Positions 16,282 to 31,785 of a DNA stretch of 64,000 bases are shown piece after piece. Within the stretch, counting starts at the first letter, position 1; each line of letters opens with the position of its first letter. Origin of the DNA: Chrysomallon squamiferum (Eukaryota; Animalia; Mollusca); assembly GCA_012295275.1 (NCBI GenBank), contig CM022674.1, positions 4,402,001 to 4,466,000 on the forward strand, read 5' to 3'. The notes below the pieces were generated by a model. It ran no database searches and was not told the DNA's origin. It saw only the letters and a program-made list of their open reading frames with translations. The translations under genes were made by a program, and so were the position numbers.

Positions 16282-18130
16282 TGTATCCCAAATGTAAATT
16301 AAATGACACTGAGAACTGAAATAAAATGTATCTCATTTTCTTTTTATATACATGACTGTAAACTTATTTGGGTATTTTCTATAACTTGTTTTAGTCTTTT
16401 GCATCAGTTCCATTGATCAAAACTAATCTGTATAATCTCGAATCACATTTTATTGACAATGTTATTGGTTTATTTTTAAAGTTTATGAATTTCACATGAG
16501 TTAACTGTTACCATAAGAATGTGTTGAATTTGTATTTTATTAAATAAATACTGGCATATTTTAGGTATAGAAAATAACCTGTCAATGATGTTCAGGTTAC
16601 AATTTAATAAATAAATAAAAAATTGTTATCAGACTAATTTCATTTTTGAGAAAAAAAAAGAAGAAAAACACAAAGGAAGTACATTGGTTCCGTTTGATAT
16701 TTAAAACAGAACTCTGGACAAATATGATTTGCTTATCAATTTAATCACTTTTATATTTCACAGTATTTTCAGCAACTGTATTAACATTTCAAGAAATTTA
16801 AAACTGATTGCAAACATCCCAAAGACATGATGAACATTCACACAACTTGGCAATGATGTTGTTATTCTGTTTCATTTGGAGAACTAAAACTACCTCCAAT
16901 TTGTTTTTTCTTTTAACAAATCTAAAAGTATTTATTACCTTTCTTGTTTTATTTATTTGAACGAGATTTAATATTTGATTTTACCAGTATTCATTAGTAT
17001 TTTGCTTGTTAATTCCTTTAGTTTATTTAGTTTTTCTTGTTATTATTTTTTATTAGTCAGTTTTAATCTATCACTTTATTTAATTTTTTCTCAATAATTT
17101 TTAACAAACCTGTTAAATCACCTTTTCTTGACAAATAATAACAGTAAATAACTTAAAAAACTACAAATAAGGCAGTAATTTTATTATTACATTACCATTT
17201 GTCATTGCCAAGTTTGCTTTGAAAATATGCAAAAACAAACACTTCTTAGTGATATATAAATAAAAGAATTGTATTCCAAATTAAATGACACTGAGAAATC
17301 AGATAAAATGTATGTGATTTTATTTTATATTCATGACCGTAAACTTATTTGGGTATTTTCTATAACTTGTTTTAGTCTTTTGCATATTTCCATTGAAAAT
17401 GTATTGGTTTATTTTTGATGTTTATGAATTTGACACCAGTTAACTGTTACCCTAAGAATGTGTTGAATTTGTATTTTATTAAATAAATATTGGCATGTTT
17501 TAGAAATAGAAGATAACCTGTCACTGATGTTCAGATTACAATTTAATAAATGCAAAAAATTGTTATCAGACTAATTTCATTTTTGAGAAAAACCCAGAAA
17601 AAAACAAAGGAAGTACATTGGTTCTGTTTGATATTTAAAACAGAACTCTGGACAAGTTTGATTTGCTTTTCAATTTAATCACTTTTATGTTTCACAGTAT
17701 TTTCAGCAACTGCACTGAAATTACAAGAAATTAAAAACTGATTGCAAACATCCCAAAGACATGATGAATATTCACACAACTTGGCAATGATGTTGTTATT
17801 CTGTTTCATTTGGAGAACTAAAACTACCTCCAATTTGTTTTTTCTTTTAACAAATCTAAAAGTATTTATTACCTTTCTTATTTTATTTATTTGAACGAGA
17901 TTTAATATTTGATTTTACCAGTATTAATTAGTATTTTGCTTGTTAATTCATCTATTTTGTGTTCTTATTTTTTTATTAATCAGTTTTTAATCTATCACTT
18001 TATTTAAAATTTTCTGAATACACTGCACATGAATTTTTGACAAACCTATTACATCACTTTTTCTTGACAAATAATAACGGTAAATAAATTATAAAAATAC
18101 AAATAAGGCAATAATTTAATTACTATATTA
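16196..18130. repeat. About 1.0 kb internal tandem duplication specific to the second unit
   Basis: tttgtcattgccaagttt recurs at about 16196 and 17198, followed by collinear sequence; single copy in units 1 and 3. Confidence 0.85.
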
Positions 18131-19350
18131 CCCTCATCAAAAGTAGATATTTTATACATCCAAGATTTTAGAACAAGAACCCACACCAAAAAATCAGTTT
18201 TTAACAATAGTTTTTATTGTTGTTATTTACAGTTTTGGTAGTTTTCTTTTTGTTGATATTATCACTTCTCTTCTGGCCCGTGTTGTAAAGTGTGTGTGGT
18301 GTCACAGGAAGGAAATTATAAGTCTGTTGTATATATTGTCTTCCTGTCAATAAAGCTTACCACACTAATATTGTGTTTTTGTTGTTGTTGCTGCTGCTGC
18401 TATTTCTTAAACTTGTACATGCCAGTTAAGATTTTAGCGTTTAAACAGATTTGAATGATCATGATAAATTATTTTTAAAATGTTTAGATATGGCTAATTT
18501 AAGTATATTTTTGAAAGTGGGGATTGTTCTTTTTTCATCCCTGATATTGTTCATGACAATTATTTTGAAAGAAGATACGATAGTTACCTCCCTGATCAAT
18601 TCTAAAATTTTTAGTTTTATATGAATTTTTACAATATATTGTAAAGTATTAATATTTTAATATTTAATTAAATAAATCATTAAAATAAAAGAGAATTAAA
18701 TTTTCAGGAGATAAATTGTAATTTCGTTTGGCTTGATCGACGTGTCACAGTATTCATTTTCGGGTTAATTTCTGACTAACTGAATTATTGTGTCTTTACT
18801 GAAATAAAAAAAAAAAAATTATTATTATTATTATTAATATATTGGCATTTCCTGAAAGTGTGTATTGAAAGCTGTTCTCAATGACAAACTCATATTTATG
18901 TTAAACATTTTTATTGGATACAAAAATAACAGCCTTTTCATTATTGAGTAATACTGAGTCTTCATTCTCCTCCTTTGCACTTTCCTTCTGAAAATAAATA
19001 AATAAAGTAACATAAGTAAATCATTAGTAGGATTAAATGAAGGTAATGAGCTAAACCAATGCTTCTGATGATATCAGGATCTCGAATACTGGCATAAACG
19101 TACATGTAAAGAGACGATGCGAAAAGAAGACAGATAGCCACTTAAGAGATAATTATGAGACGGTCAACTAAAAATACAGACAGAGGGATGGCTAATGAAA
19201 TAGAAATAAATAAATGCAAAAACACATTGATCGAATGAAAGATAGAGACACAGAAAGACAGACGAAGCTACATGGAGATAAAAAGGAGATAATGAGATGT
19301 GCCAATAAGACAGTTTAAGTACACACAACTGATAGTGAAACCTACCAATC

Positions 19351-19527
19351 TCAGCGCAAATCCGATATTTCAGAGCTGTCTTCGTCTCCTTGTTGCTGAT
19401 CAGTATTTACGCTTTCATCATTTTCAACACCTACAGCAGCAATTTAAATAAATAAATCAACAAACAAACAAACAAATAAAAATAAATAAATAAATAAATA
19501 AATACTACTACTACTACTACTACTACC

Positions 19528-19561
<34 letters not shown>

Positions 19562-20123
19562 CAAAAAATAAGAAACTAATTATCAGTAATAACAAAAATA
19601 AAAATAGCATCCAAGTTAGAAACATATTCAAAAAGAGACAGCAAACAGGTAGAAATCGGGTAAACAGTCGAACTGACGTCCAGAAAGTGGAGAATGAAAG
19701 AAGAAAGAAACAGTCAGACTAACGGAAAGACACAAATCCTTCCAGAGAAAAAACTAGATTAGGGTATGAAATTATTATTTTATCATAAACAAATTAATCA
19801 TCGTACAGAAAAATGTAGATAGATAGAATATGAAAGACAGACAAAGTGCATGGGTGGACAGATAGACACAGATAATGAGATACACCGATACGACAGTTTA
19901 AGTATGAGAGACAAAGAAACACTATTAAAACCCACCGTTTCCGCCGTTGTGGGAGTCATTATCTGCCTCAGAAACGTCTTGGTTTTGTTGCACATCAGCA
20001 GCAACGTTTTGATCTGCTTCAACACTCAGAGCTAGAAATGAATACAAAAAATGATTAGCAATAAGAGAAAAAAAAATATTAGTTTATCAAGGAGAAATTA
20101 ATCATTGCTCAGAAATATTAACA

Positions 20124-20184
<61 letters not shown>

Positions 20185-20539
20185 CAACAACAACAACAAA
20201 CAAAAAAACCAACAACAACAACAATAACAGTGTGTCTAAAAATAATATTTCAGTTCATTTATCCAGCCTCAATAGACCTACTTTATGATACTCACAAGGA
20301 AATGGTAAATTTCTATTTGTCACCTCGTTGTCAAGTATTTCTAAGGCTGTTGTCTCATTGGCACTGTGCATCGCACGATAAAAATCGCCAAAGGCTCTAG
20401 AGCCTCTCCGTGGTAAAATCTCGAGAAGTTTTCTTATTCTGTTACTCCGTGTAATTTCCGCCTGTAATTTTTATTTTTTGAAAAGATAATAATTATAACA
20501 ACAACAACAAAAACAACAGGAATAATAATAATAATAATA

Positions 20540-20577
<38 letters not shown>

Positions 20578-21004
20578 AATGAGGATGATGATGATGATAA
20601 TAATAGTAATAATAACAACAACAACATCAAACATTAAAATATCATTACAAAAAGATTAGAAATTCTGACACTAGAAAATCATAATTATGTGCATCGACAC
20701 TGACTCTAAATTGCTTTGGATAGTGCCGGGACATTTCTGAACTAGAGAAGGATGAAAAAAATAAACAAAACCTTCAAACTTGTACATGACAACGTATACA
20801 TAATAGATGCGTTTTCATTTTGTTCATGTTTTCTTATTTTATATATATATATATTTTTTTTTTTTCTACCTGGATAACCTCTAGATGTTCTTCAGTGATT
20901 GTTTTACTGGAAAGAAGGTAATCAAGTACACTTTCTACATTCGTAATGATGTGAACAAGGTCTGGACGACGTTCCCTGAGTATCTGTGTGAATCCAGGAT
21001 TCAT
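19351..21004 (-). CDS. CARD-only protein, copy 2 (158 aa; coding exons 20870-21004, 20296-20461, 19936-20031, 19351-19430)
   Basis: MNPGFTQILRERRPDLVHIITNVESVLDYLLSSKTITEEHLEVIQ/AEITRSNRIRKLLEILPRRGSRAFGDFYRAMHSANETTALEILDNEVTNRNLPFP/SLSVEADQNVAADVQQNQDVSEADNDSHNGGN/GVENDESVNTDQQQGDEDSSEISDLR*. Exon sizes and phases match copy 1, plus an extra symmetric 96-nt acidic exon. Confidence 0.88.
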
Positions 21005-21317
21005 TTCTTGAAAAATAAAATTAATTACAACAGTAACCATCAAATCTTAACAAGAATCGTACTTTATGCAATTTCAGTTGAGATTTATTTTATGTTGCTC
21101 TTTCGAGTACGATACATATTATTTCGTATGCATACCATTAAATAACATACAAAAAGAAAGTATAACACGCATTAAAAGACTGAAAGTAAATAGTTAATTA
21201 CGCAGAGATCCTAAAAATAGAGCATATTTCAGCAGTTCAGCAAGGATATATAATTATTTTATAATCTGAATAGCCAATAACTGAACATGTAAAAATATAG
21301 GTGGCTTATACCAGGAA

Positions 21318-21376
<59 letters not shown>

Positions 21377-22351
21377 TAAATACCCCAAAATCTATTTGCC
21401 TCTTACCTTATTGTCTTGATAAGATTATTTTAATGTGTTTTCAGTAATTCTCTACTGTAATAGTAAATTTCATAAGGAAACCGTCCAAAATGTCACAGTT
21501 TTAAATGTGTAGTATATTTAAATCTATAAGGTCAAAGGACAAAGATGGAAACATCACGATTTTTTTTTTATTTTTTTTTTTTTTTTTTTTTTTTTATGTA
21601 AAAAGTTGTCGAATTTATTTTATTTTATTTTATTTTATTTTTCCTTTGTGGTGTTTTAGCCTTTATTTCACCTAATCTGTATGGTTTAGCAATGACAGCA
21701 TGGCAAAAATTGTCCTGTATTTCCTTTCATTTCAAGACAATCAAATGAAAGTTGCTGATAATTACATTGAACTATAAGCGTGCTATCAGCAATTTAGAAT
21801 AATCAAATAAATATTGTTTAAAAGAAGCAACAGCAATCAGAAGTTGTTTTATAAATATGGACATCGTACAATGAAATCGTTATTTTAGATTTAAGCATGA
21901 GTCAGCAAAAAACTATCTGGTCAGAAATCGTTAATGAGTGGCAATCAAGAAGACAGAGACCAGTAAACTCACAACGTATATTAACTCAAATGTTATATTG
22001 GTCTTATTATAAAAGTTCTATAAGATTTGATGGAAACATAAAGGTTTAATGGTTTTGGAATGAAGAGTTATTATTCATTGAACTACATTCGCCATGAGGC
22101 TCTATCGGAATGACAGCGACTCGGTTCACAATTTCAAAACCAAACTTAACAGATATACAATTGAATGAAATTTCTTCAGTTTCTAGTGGAAATGTTACAG
22201 AGATTAATTAATTCAAACCATAGGCTGATTGATGTGTTTTTATCGGTTGAATGTGAGCAAACATTTTATAATCGAACGAATAACAACAAAAAATGATGTC
22301 AGCAAACTTCTGGTTAGTAACAATGCCTGTAATAATCAGGTAAAGACATAC

Positions 22352-22530
22352 CCGTTGTGTCGAGTTGTGCTGTTTCACTTTCTTTTTCAACAATAACTGA
22401 AGTAATAGATCACCGCATTATTAATCTTGATGTTTGTAAATAATATTTTACAAGTTAATTTACTTTAAAAGCTGATTGTACCTGTCTTACCTGCAAAGTG
22501 TAAAAGTTACCCGAAAATGAAACAGGAAGT
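22352..22530 (-). promoter_or_regulatory. Putative promoter and 5'UTR exons of CARD copy 2
   Basis: GAAAATGAAACAGGAAGT at 22513-22530; GAAAGTGAAAC (minus) at 22372-22382; same donors as the other units. Confidence 0.5.
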
Positions 22531-22560
22531 TCATAATTATTTTTAATGTTATTATTTTTT

Positions 22561-22637
<77 letters not shown>

Positions 22638-22788
22638 CTCAAAATTCAACAGAAAAAATAAAATAATAATTAATAGTCGGACAAAAGATCACGGATTTTA
22701 ACGATTTTATCCGAACATTTAAGAAACTGTCTTTACTGTGGTTTGTTTTATTTTATTTTTGTTTTATTTTTTGTTCATGCCTTTATGG

Positions 22789-23238
22789 CAGTGTTTCCCA
22801 AGCGAAGCTCCTCGGATCCCTTGTGCTCCGCGGTACATCGTCAAGGGCTCCGCATGACATAACATAACTAATAAATAAAAAAGGAGAAACTGGGGGCAGT
22901 TAGACGGACAGAATGAAATAGACAGAACAAACGAATACACGTACAATAACATTACAATGATTACTATGTTCGAGTATGTTTGTCAAAAATACGACCAGGA
23001 ATTGAATAACTGTGCAAGGGAAAACAAGCCCAAGCCTCACACTAACTGACTAACGGTAAGAAGTTATGTTATAATGTTAATACATTTTTTTTTTTTTTTT
23101 TTTTTACTTCTGTTGCTTTAGTTTTGTCTTTTTCTGTTTTAGCTGGTAAAATAAAATAAATGTGTGGTGGGGGGGACACCGCAGGATATTAAAAAATGTT
23201 ATAGGGCTCCGCATTGATGAAAAGGTTGGGAATCACTG
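22789..23238. mobile_element. Non-autonomous hAT (Charlie-like) DNA transposon, 450 bp
   Basis: TIRs CAGTGTTTCCCAA ... TTGGGAATCACTG; 8-bp TSD CTTTATGG at 22781-22788 and 23239-23246; empty site cctttatggga in the other three units (about 1156, 12061, 35853). Confidence 0.92.
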
Positions 23239-23528
23239 CTTTATGGGATAACAGTCAGGCGTTACTACCGATGTTTATACTATTTATTATTATTATTATT
23301 GTTGTTGTTGTTGTGTTGTTGTTATTAGTGTTTCTATTATTTATTTGTTGATATTGTTATCGTTATCGGTGATGTTGTTATTATTGTTGTTGTTGTTAGT
23401 CGCTGTTCGTGCAAAAGTTTACATTTATTTTGTTAGACTTTACGGTTTTAGGGATAATTTTAGAATTTCATTACTCTTGCTACTACTATTATTTACATTC
23501 CTGTTACTACCTACTATTACTACTACTA

Positions 23529-23572
<44 letters not shown>

Positions 23573-23727
23573 ACTACTACTACTATACAAATACTAATAC
23601 TACTATTACTGCATTACAGCTACTGATATTACTATTACTCCAGTTAGTGTTACTCTCTCTTTACTGTTAGTTACTTTAAAATAGCTCTGTAAGACTATTC
23701 CTTGCAATATCAACGGGGTGGGTAAGA

Positions 23728-23765
<38 letters not shown>

Positions 23766-24839
23766 GGTACAAAAAAGTCATTCGAAAAAATAGATTAATT
23801 AAAAGTAAATAAAATAAATAGTGAATAAATACTACTATGAAGAAAAACTATCAATAATAGCAACGAAAAACGCTGTAAAAATAACAATAAATAAATAAAT
23901 AAGACGATTAACTGTATATTTCTGATGTACTGCATATTTCATTTTACTGACTAATAAAAACAATTTTCAAAATTTGTCATCCGAGTGCCGTAAGCATTTC
24001 TCAGGCGAAAATCTATTTACGAGACAAAGACATTATCACTTGAACCATGTCCAGTTGGGTAAAGCTAGCGCTAAACGTGAATGACCCGTTTTAAACAGTC
24101 GTTGCTGCCTCGTTTCCGTTAAGCAATCGGATGAATTGTTGTTCTCAAGCGATGTCGGGTAGTTCGTGTTCATTGGCAAGCTGACCGTAACAGATTATAT
24201 TTTGAGCGAACAAAGAGAAACATTTGAACTCTAACCCATGCTTTTGTTTGTCGAGTATATTCAGTAAGTATATTAGTGTTTATTGGTTAGCGCACGTGAT
24301 AGATTTATTTCCACTACTGATCACCAGCGAGAAGAGAACAGTCTAGTTTCATTCAAAAAGCAAGACAAGTGTTTATATTTCGCTCGTGTGAAACTGATTG
24401 TACTGATAACGTCTCTCTCTCTCTCTCTCAGTTAAATTATTTTGTTTTTCTCTTGCTAGACATAGATTTATTAACATTTCATTTCTAGTAAATATTTTCA
24501 CTGACCGCAACCATTTAAACATAATTTGGCGTCTTGTTATAATTTAATACCAAAGGTTTTACTAGTTACGCTAGATGGCTTTGCGTAATACATTCCTGTG
24601 AACAAAGAGGTATGTCTTTCTTATTTACATACTATACAGCCGACTGTGGACAGTATAGTGTGATGCAGAGATTCAATCCAGGATTTTACCTGATTTTATT
24701 TATTTAATAATAAATAATACACCTTGGCTGTACACCTTTTTCAGATTTACAGAAAATATTTATTTTTATTTTTTTCAGATTTACAGAACTATGACACACT
24801 TGTTTTTAGTGTAGGCCTAATTGTTTTGGTACAGATTAC

Positions 24840-24929
<90 letters not shown>

Positions 24930-24995
24930 TTTATTTATAGTCTCCTTAATTTTTTGACATATTTATCTTAATATATATTGTTTTTATTAATTCAG

Positions 24996-27481
24996 AAATG
25001 AGTCAACATCTTCAGAAACTGGGTAGAAGCTGATATTCTTGCTCTGCTGGTATTCTCCAGAGGTAACTGTTTTCACAACAAGTTTCATTATAAACTACAG
25101 CTTATTTCCTGGAGTTATTACTTCATGTGTTATAGATAAGAGGATCAATCAAACCTTAACAGTTAGCACTACAGTTTGACACACCAGTGGCCCTTGAATG
25201 AAAGTACTTATAAAATCTACCTGACTGTTCCTGTAAACTATCAGTGTTATCTATTGAGTCTTGTTTGGCACATATTTAAGATATCTTTATACATTTTTAT
25301 TATTTATTGTTCTCCTTCCAGAGTCATGATTATCATTTTACAAAGATAATTTTAAATTAACGTTTAATCCTTTCTTCTTTTTCCTTGTTTTTCCTATATT
25401 ACTTCATAATTTTGATACATACTTTATTATTATTATTATTATTGCTGCTACTACTACTACTATTTACTTAAAACTATTACTACTACTACCACTATTAATA
25501 TTATTAATATTTATTTATTTGTTTATTTATTTATTTATTTATTAGTAATAATGATTATTTAACAACCAGATTACAGGTGAGGCTGTATAGTGATGGGAAG
25601 TTACTGATACCTGACAAACCAAACCTCGAGATTGTCGATGACTGGCCTCTTCATACCACACACAAAGTTCACTTCACCAAGCTTGTTGGTGGTGCATGCT
25701 GGCAAGGTAATTAAATTTATCACTCAAGTTTTTGTCCTCAGATCATGTTGTTTAATGACTTAGAATAAATATTTACTTTTGTTCTTTTTATCATTATTTG
25801 CTTGCTTGTTTGCTTGCTTGCTTTCTCTCTTTCTTTTTTAATCTGCTCACCTGACAAACCTTTGAGGTTTTACTTTCCATCTTCCTCCTGCTGCTTCTGT
25901 TTTCATTTTAAAAGCTGATGCTTTCTTACAATTACGAAGAAAATAAAATAAATCAATAAATAAATAGATGTGAATAGAATTGTGACCATGCTTTCCTTGG
26001 CTCACTCTCTCACTCTCTCTCTTAATTATTACAAAGACAAGTTAATCTTTTGTCCCAATTTGAATTTCTTTTTTTCTTTTTTTCATTTTTTTTTTCAAGT
26101 TATTTCTGTATTAAACATGACACTTCTCATTACTATCAAATTTCCTTATATTTATTTATTTATTTATTTATTACATTAGGTGGAGAGCAGAAAATTTGAG
26201 CATGATTTCCATGGTTATCTGGGTGGTTTGTCTGCTCAAAGACAAGACAGAAAGCAACCGTGTCATCAAGTGTCTGAACAACTGCAAGGAAAATCTTGAT
26301 TTCAATGCTCCCAGTGCCATGTAGAGTGGGACAGTAAGTATCACACTTGTCACAAGTTTCTGTCTGCATTAGTGATTATTAGTAATGTCATAGCTTATGT
26401 TTTCTTTTTTTCTTTCTTTTTATAACTTTCAGAAACAAAGTTAAGAACCAGTTTTATTTAACTAATACTCATATTATGTTATAAAGTTATTCTTAAAATT
26501 TGATGCTTAATTACATATAGTAAATTTTATTTTATATTCATTTAGAAATTTAAAAAGTTAAAGAATTTAAAAATTGTTTTGAGGGGACATTTGGAAAACT
26601 TCATTGATGTTCAGAAAGATGAATTGAGTTTGTAGAGAAATATGATTATTAATAAACATGAATCTGAAATATTCATAAATGTGGAAAGCAAACACTTTGC
26701 AATTCAGTCTGCATTTCACTATTATAAACAAAGCAGAGCATTATCTGAAAATCTGTTTCCATATTACATTATATATAAAATTAGTAGAAGAGTATTTGAA
26801 TTATTATGTGGGATTTTTTTTTAATACTTTTGTCAAAAATATTCTGTATTTATTCAGTATTTTTCAAACATCTTTTATTTGTTTCTTTTCTAAGTACAGT
26901 ATGAACTAATATGAAAACCTAAAGATAAGCATATGTCTGGGCACTACAACTGTGATGCCATCAAATACAAGGCAAACCTGTTCTGGTCTAAACAATTATT
27001 TTAATGAATATACAAATAACCATGATTTCTTTTATTTACTATCTAAAAAGTTTTGAAAAATTAATAAATAAAGAAACAAGAGGGAAAAAAGGCAATAAAA
27101 TGAGTTCCAACAAGACTTTTTAATTATTGATTTTATTTCTCTCTATCTGCCAGTGTATCTCTATGACCTCATCTTGTTTTTTTCCCACAGATTTGACAAG
27201 ACTTTTACTTATTGATTTTATTTCTCTCTATCTGCCAGTAAAAAAATAAACCTTAATATAAAATGACCTCATCACTTTTTACGTTGGTTTTATTCCCCCC
27301 TGCCAGAATCAACAGAAGCCAAGTTCAATCTGAAATCAACAAATTCTTGCTGGATACATGTACTATCAAGGCTAACCCTAAACTGAATCTGTTTTATGAA
27401 CACCTCACTCACTGCCCACCCATCTGATGGAAAACCAGGGACTTGGGTGGAGTGAAACCAATGATGGAGTAACCATTACAA
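24996..27481 (+). pseudogene. CLSTN: Calsyntenin gene fragment, type A (24996-25062, 25577-25706, 26180-26333, 27307-27481)
   Basis: Same exon set and deletion junctions as 2954-5095, with further frameshifts. Confidence 0.82.
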
Positions 27482-30348
27482 GAAATGATCCAACTCAGTT
27501 GATGGATTACTTTAACTATTTAAACCATTGTTCTTACAAGTAAATGATAACAGTAATTTTCCGATGTACATGTTTTAATCCAACTTTTAATCACATTTTT
27601 GTAAATTTTATTATTCTTATAGTATCAGTTTTGTTTTATTTTTTTTTTTTTTTAAATATGACTGAACACTTCCCAAGGTTCTTCAGGTTGTGACATAAAC
27701 TAAAATACAAAATATTTATTTGTCTCAATTAGGGAGAAAGATTAAACTGCCTCTTGGTAATCTGAGCAAATATTTAGTCTGCTGATTTCAGAAAATGGAA
27801 AATGAACAATAATATTCATTTTTTAATCTCTAAAATAACAAAAAGAAATAATTTTAAAAACAAAATGTTAAATGAAGATTAACTTGTTCAGTAGTTCTTA
27901 ATAAAATAAAAATAATAACTAGCTGAACATTAAATTGTGAAATCTGTTAATAAATATATTATGATTTTTATTTACAACATGAAGCTTTTAAATTCAGTTA
28001 AGTCAAATTAAGAACTGAATAATGTAGAAATACAAAGATTATAAATTAGAGTAAAAACATTAGACCAACTACAAAATCAGTATAAAACATTAAGAATAAA
28101 AATTATAAAATGTGACATAAATATACCTATTAAAATATAAAAATTGGCTTTGATAAGTGAAAATCATGGTGCTGTTTACAAATGAACAAACCAAATGTAT
28201 ATCAAAAACTAAACTCATGCTCTCTGCTTCATGCCGGGCCAGTTTAGAAGTGATAATAAACAGTTTGTCATTGCCAAGTTTCCTTTGAAAATGTGCCAAA
28301 ACAAAGATCTTTAGAGATATATTAAAAAACAATTGTATCCCAAATGTAAATTAAATGACACTGAGAACTCAGATAAAATGTATGTGATTATCTTTTTATA
28401 TACATGACTGTAAACTTATTTGGGTATTTTCTACAACTTGTTTTAGTCTTTTGCATGATTTCCATTGAAAATGTATTGGTTTATTTTTAATGTTTATGAA
28501 TTTGCATAAGAATGTGTTGAATTTGTATTTTATTAAATAAATATGGCATATTTTAGAAATAGAAAATAAGCTGTCATAATATTCAGATTAAAATTTAATA
28601 AATAAAAATAATTGTTATCAAACTATTTTCATTTTAGAGAAAAAAGAGAAAACAAAGGAAGTACATTTTATGATATTTAAAACAGAAGTCTGGACAAGTA
28701 TGATTTAATTTTTTATTTCACAGTATTTTCAGCAACTGTATTGAAATTTCAAGCAATTAAAAACTGATTGCAAACATCCCAAAGACATGATGAATATTCA
28801 TACAACTTGGCAATGATGTTGTTATTCTGTTTCATTTGGAGAACTAAAACTACCTCCAATTTGTTTTTGTTTTTAACAAATCTAAAGTATTTATTACCTT
28901 TCTTATTTTATTTATTTGAATGAGATTTAATATTTGATTCTTCCAGTATTAATTAGTATTTTGCTTGTCAATACATTTAGGGTTTTTTTAGGGTTTTTTT
29001 TTCTTATTATTTTTTTATTAGTCAGTTTTAATCTATTACTTTATTTAATTTTTTCTGAATACTTTTTAACAAACCTGTTAAATCACTTTTTCTTGACAAA
29101 TAATAACAGTAAATAAGGCAGTAGTTTTATGATTACATTACCATCATCAAAAGTAGATATTTTATACAAGCTAGATATTAGAACAAGAACCCACTGAAAA
29201 ATCAGTTTTCTACAATACTTTTTTATTGTTGTTATTTACAGTTTTGGTAGTTGTTTTTTTTTTTTTGTTGATATTATCACTTCTCTTCTGGCCCGTGTTG
29301 TAAAGTGTGTGTGGTGTCACAGGAAGGAAATTATAAGTCTGTTGTATATATTGTCTTCCTGTCAATAAAGCTTACCACACTAATATTGTGTTTTTGTTGT
29401 TCTTCCTGCTGCTGCTATTTCTTAAACTTGTACATGCCTGATAAGATTTTAGCATTTAAACAGATTAGAATGATCATGATAAATTATTTTTAAAATGTTT
29501 AGATACGGCTAATTCAAGTATATTTTTGAAAGTGGGGAGTTTTTTTTTCTTTCCTTGATATTATTTTGAAAGTAGATACCATAGTAACCTCCCTTAACAA
29601 TTTATATACTTTGTTTTATATGAGGTTTTGCAGTAAATATATTCGTATTTAATTTAAAAAAGCATTAAATAAAAAGTATTAAATTTTCTTGTGATAAATT
29701 GTAATTTAATTTGGCTTGATCGACGTGTTACTGTATCCATTTTTAGGGTAATTTCTGACTACATGTGAATTACTGTGTCTTTACTGAAATAAAATAAATT
29801 AGTATCATATTGGCATTTCCTGAAAGTGCGTATTGAGAGCTGTTCTCAATGATGACAAACTCATATTTATGTTAAAACATTTTTATTGGATACAAAAATA
29901 TCAAATTTAATAATAATTAAAAACAAAAATAGTGGCATGTCCATGAGTAGTCAGTGTTTAGCAGCCTTTTCAGTATTGAGTAATACTGAGTCTTCATTCT
30001 CCTCCTCTGCACATTCCTTCTGAAAATAAATAAATAAAGTAACATAAGTAAATTATTAGTAGGCTTAAATGAAGGTAACGAGTTAAAACAATGCTTCTGA
30101 TCATATCAGGATCTCGAATACTGGCATAAATGTACATGTATAGAGACCGACAAGCAGAAAAATACAGAGGCAATGCGAAAAAAAGAAAAGAGACAGGCAC
30201 TTAAGAGATAGTTAAGAGACGGTCAGTTCGACATACAAAGACAGTGATAGACATATATAATGAGATGGATAGGTAGATAGACAGACAGACATACAGAATA
30301 TGATCAGAAAGATAGGTAGGTAAACCGTTATAGTAAAACTTACCAATT

Positions 30349-30699
30349 TTAGCACAAACTCCGATCTGCTTCATCGTTTTAACGGGTTAAAAAGAAAACA
30401 AAGAAAAAAAAAAGTAGTTATCAGCAATAATAAAACAACCAGAAAACAGCTGTCAACTTAGAAACACAATCAACAGAGACAGTAAATAGATAGAAATCGG
30501 GTAATAGTCACACGGACAATTAAATAAGATACAAACCAGCAAGACAAGTCTGACAATGAAGAATCAGAGAAGAAAAAAACAGGCAGACTAGTGGATGCAC
30601 ACAAACATTTTAAGAGAGTGAATTCGAGTAGGTCATGAAATTATTTTTTTTTTTCATGGAGAAATTAATCATCACACAGAAAAGTTCGCAATTTTGAAC

Positions 30700-30768
<69 letters not shown>

Positions 30769-31785
30769 TAATAATAACTGTGTCTAAAAATAACATATCA
30801 GTTCATTTTTGAAGCGTCTATAGGCCAACTTTGTGATACTCACCAGGTGCGTGGAAACCTTCTTTATTCAGCTCAGTGTCAAGTAGTTCTACGGAACTTC
30901 TGTCACCGGCGTTACTCAAGGAAAAGTAAAAACAGTTGAATGCATCACCGCCTTTTCGTGGTAAAATCTGAAGAAGTTCTCGTATTTTGCCATTTAGTGT
31001 TCTTTTTGCCTATCATTTTGATTTTTTTAAAAAGAAAATGTAATAATAATAATAATATGTTAATAAAAACAACAGCAACAACTATAACAACAACAACTAT
31101 AAATAAATAAATAAATAAATAAACAAATAAATTGTTAGGTTATGTTTATATTGTCATTAAACATACACCATGGCATAACTAGGTGAATGAGGATACAGAG
31201 TTTAAAATGTCATTATAAAGAACTTAATCATTCTCATAAGAACGTCATAATTATATACATCATCAACATTATATCTAAATTGCTTTTGATATTGCCAAGA
31301 CATTTATCAAATAGAGAAAGATGATAAAAAAATAAATAAAACATTCCTATTTTTACAGACTATGTTTCAGTATTTCAATGCGTTACAGCTATATATATAT
31401 ACTGATGGATGTATATAAATAAAAATAAATAATGCAAGACGTTATCTAAGTTCGGCTAAAAACTTCCAATTTTGGCAAATATAAATTCAACGCCGCTAAT
31501 TGCTTTAGCTGAAGATAAATATTGTTTTTTATTTGTTTCGTTTTCTTTTTTTTACCCAGACTGAAAGCTATATGTATAAATGTAAATGTATATTAAGTGT
31601 ATGTGTAAGTATGTGTGTGTTACTCTGCGTACAGATGCGTTATTTTTTACATTGATATTCTGCATGTCTTCTGCAGTGATTGTGGCTGAGGAAAAAAGGT
31701 GATCAAGTACGCTCTGTAAATTCCCAATATTTGCAACAAGATCTCCATGACATCGTTGGAGTATCTCTTTGTGCTTAGGGTCCAT
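30349..31785 (-). CDS. CARD-only protein, copy 3, divergent (about 105 aa; coding exons 31651-31785, 30844-31009, probable 30349-30365)
   Basis: MDPKHKEILQRCHGDLVANIGNLQSVLDHLFSSATITAEDMQNIN/AKRTLNGKIRELLQILPRKGGDAFNCFYFSLSNAGDRSSVELLDTELNKEGFHAP/DRSLC*. Same 135- and 166-nt exons. The last coding exon's acceptor is uncertain, but its stop lies 5 nt before the donor, as in copies 1 and 2. Confidence 0.82.
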
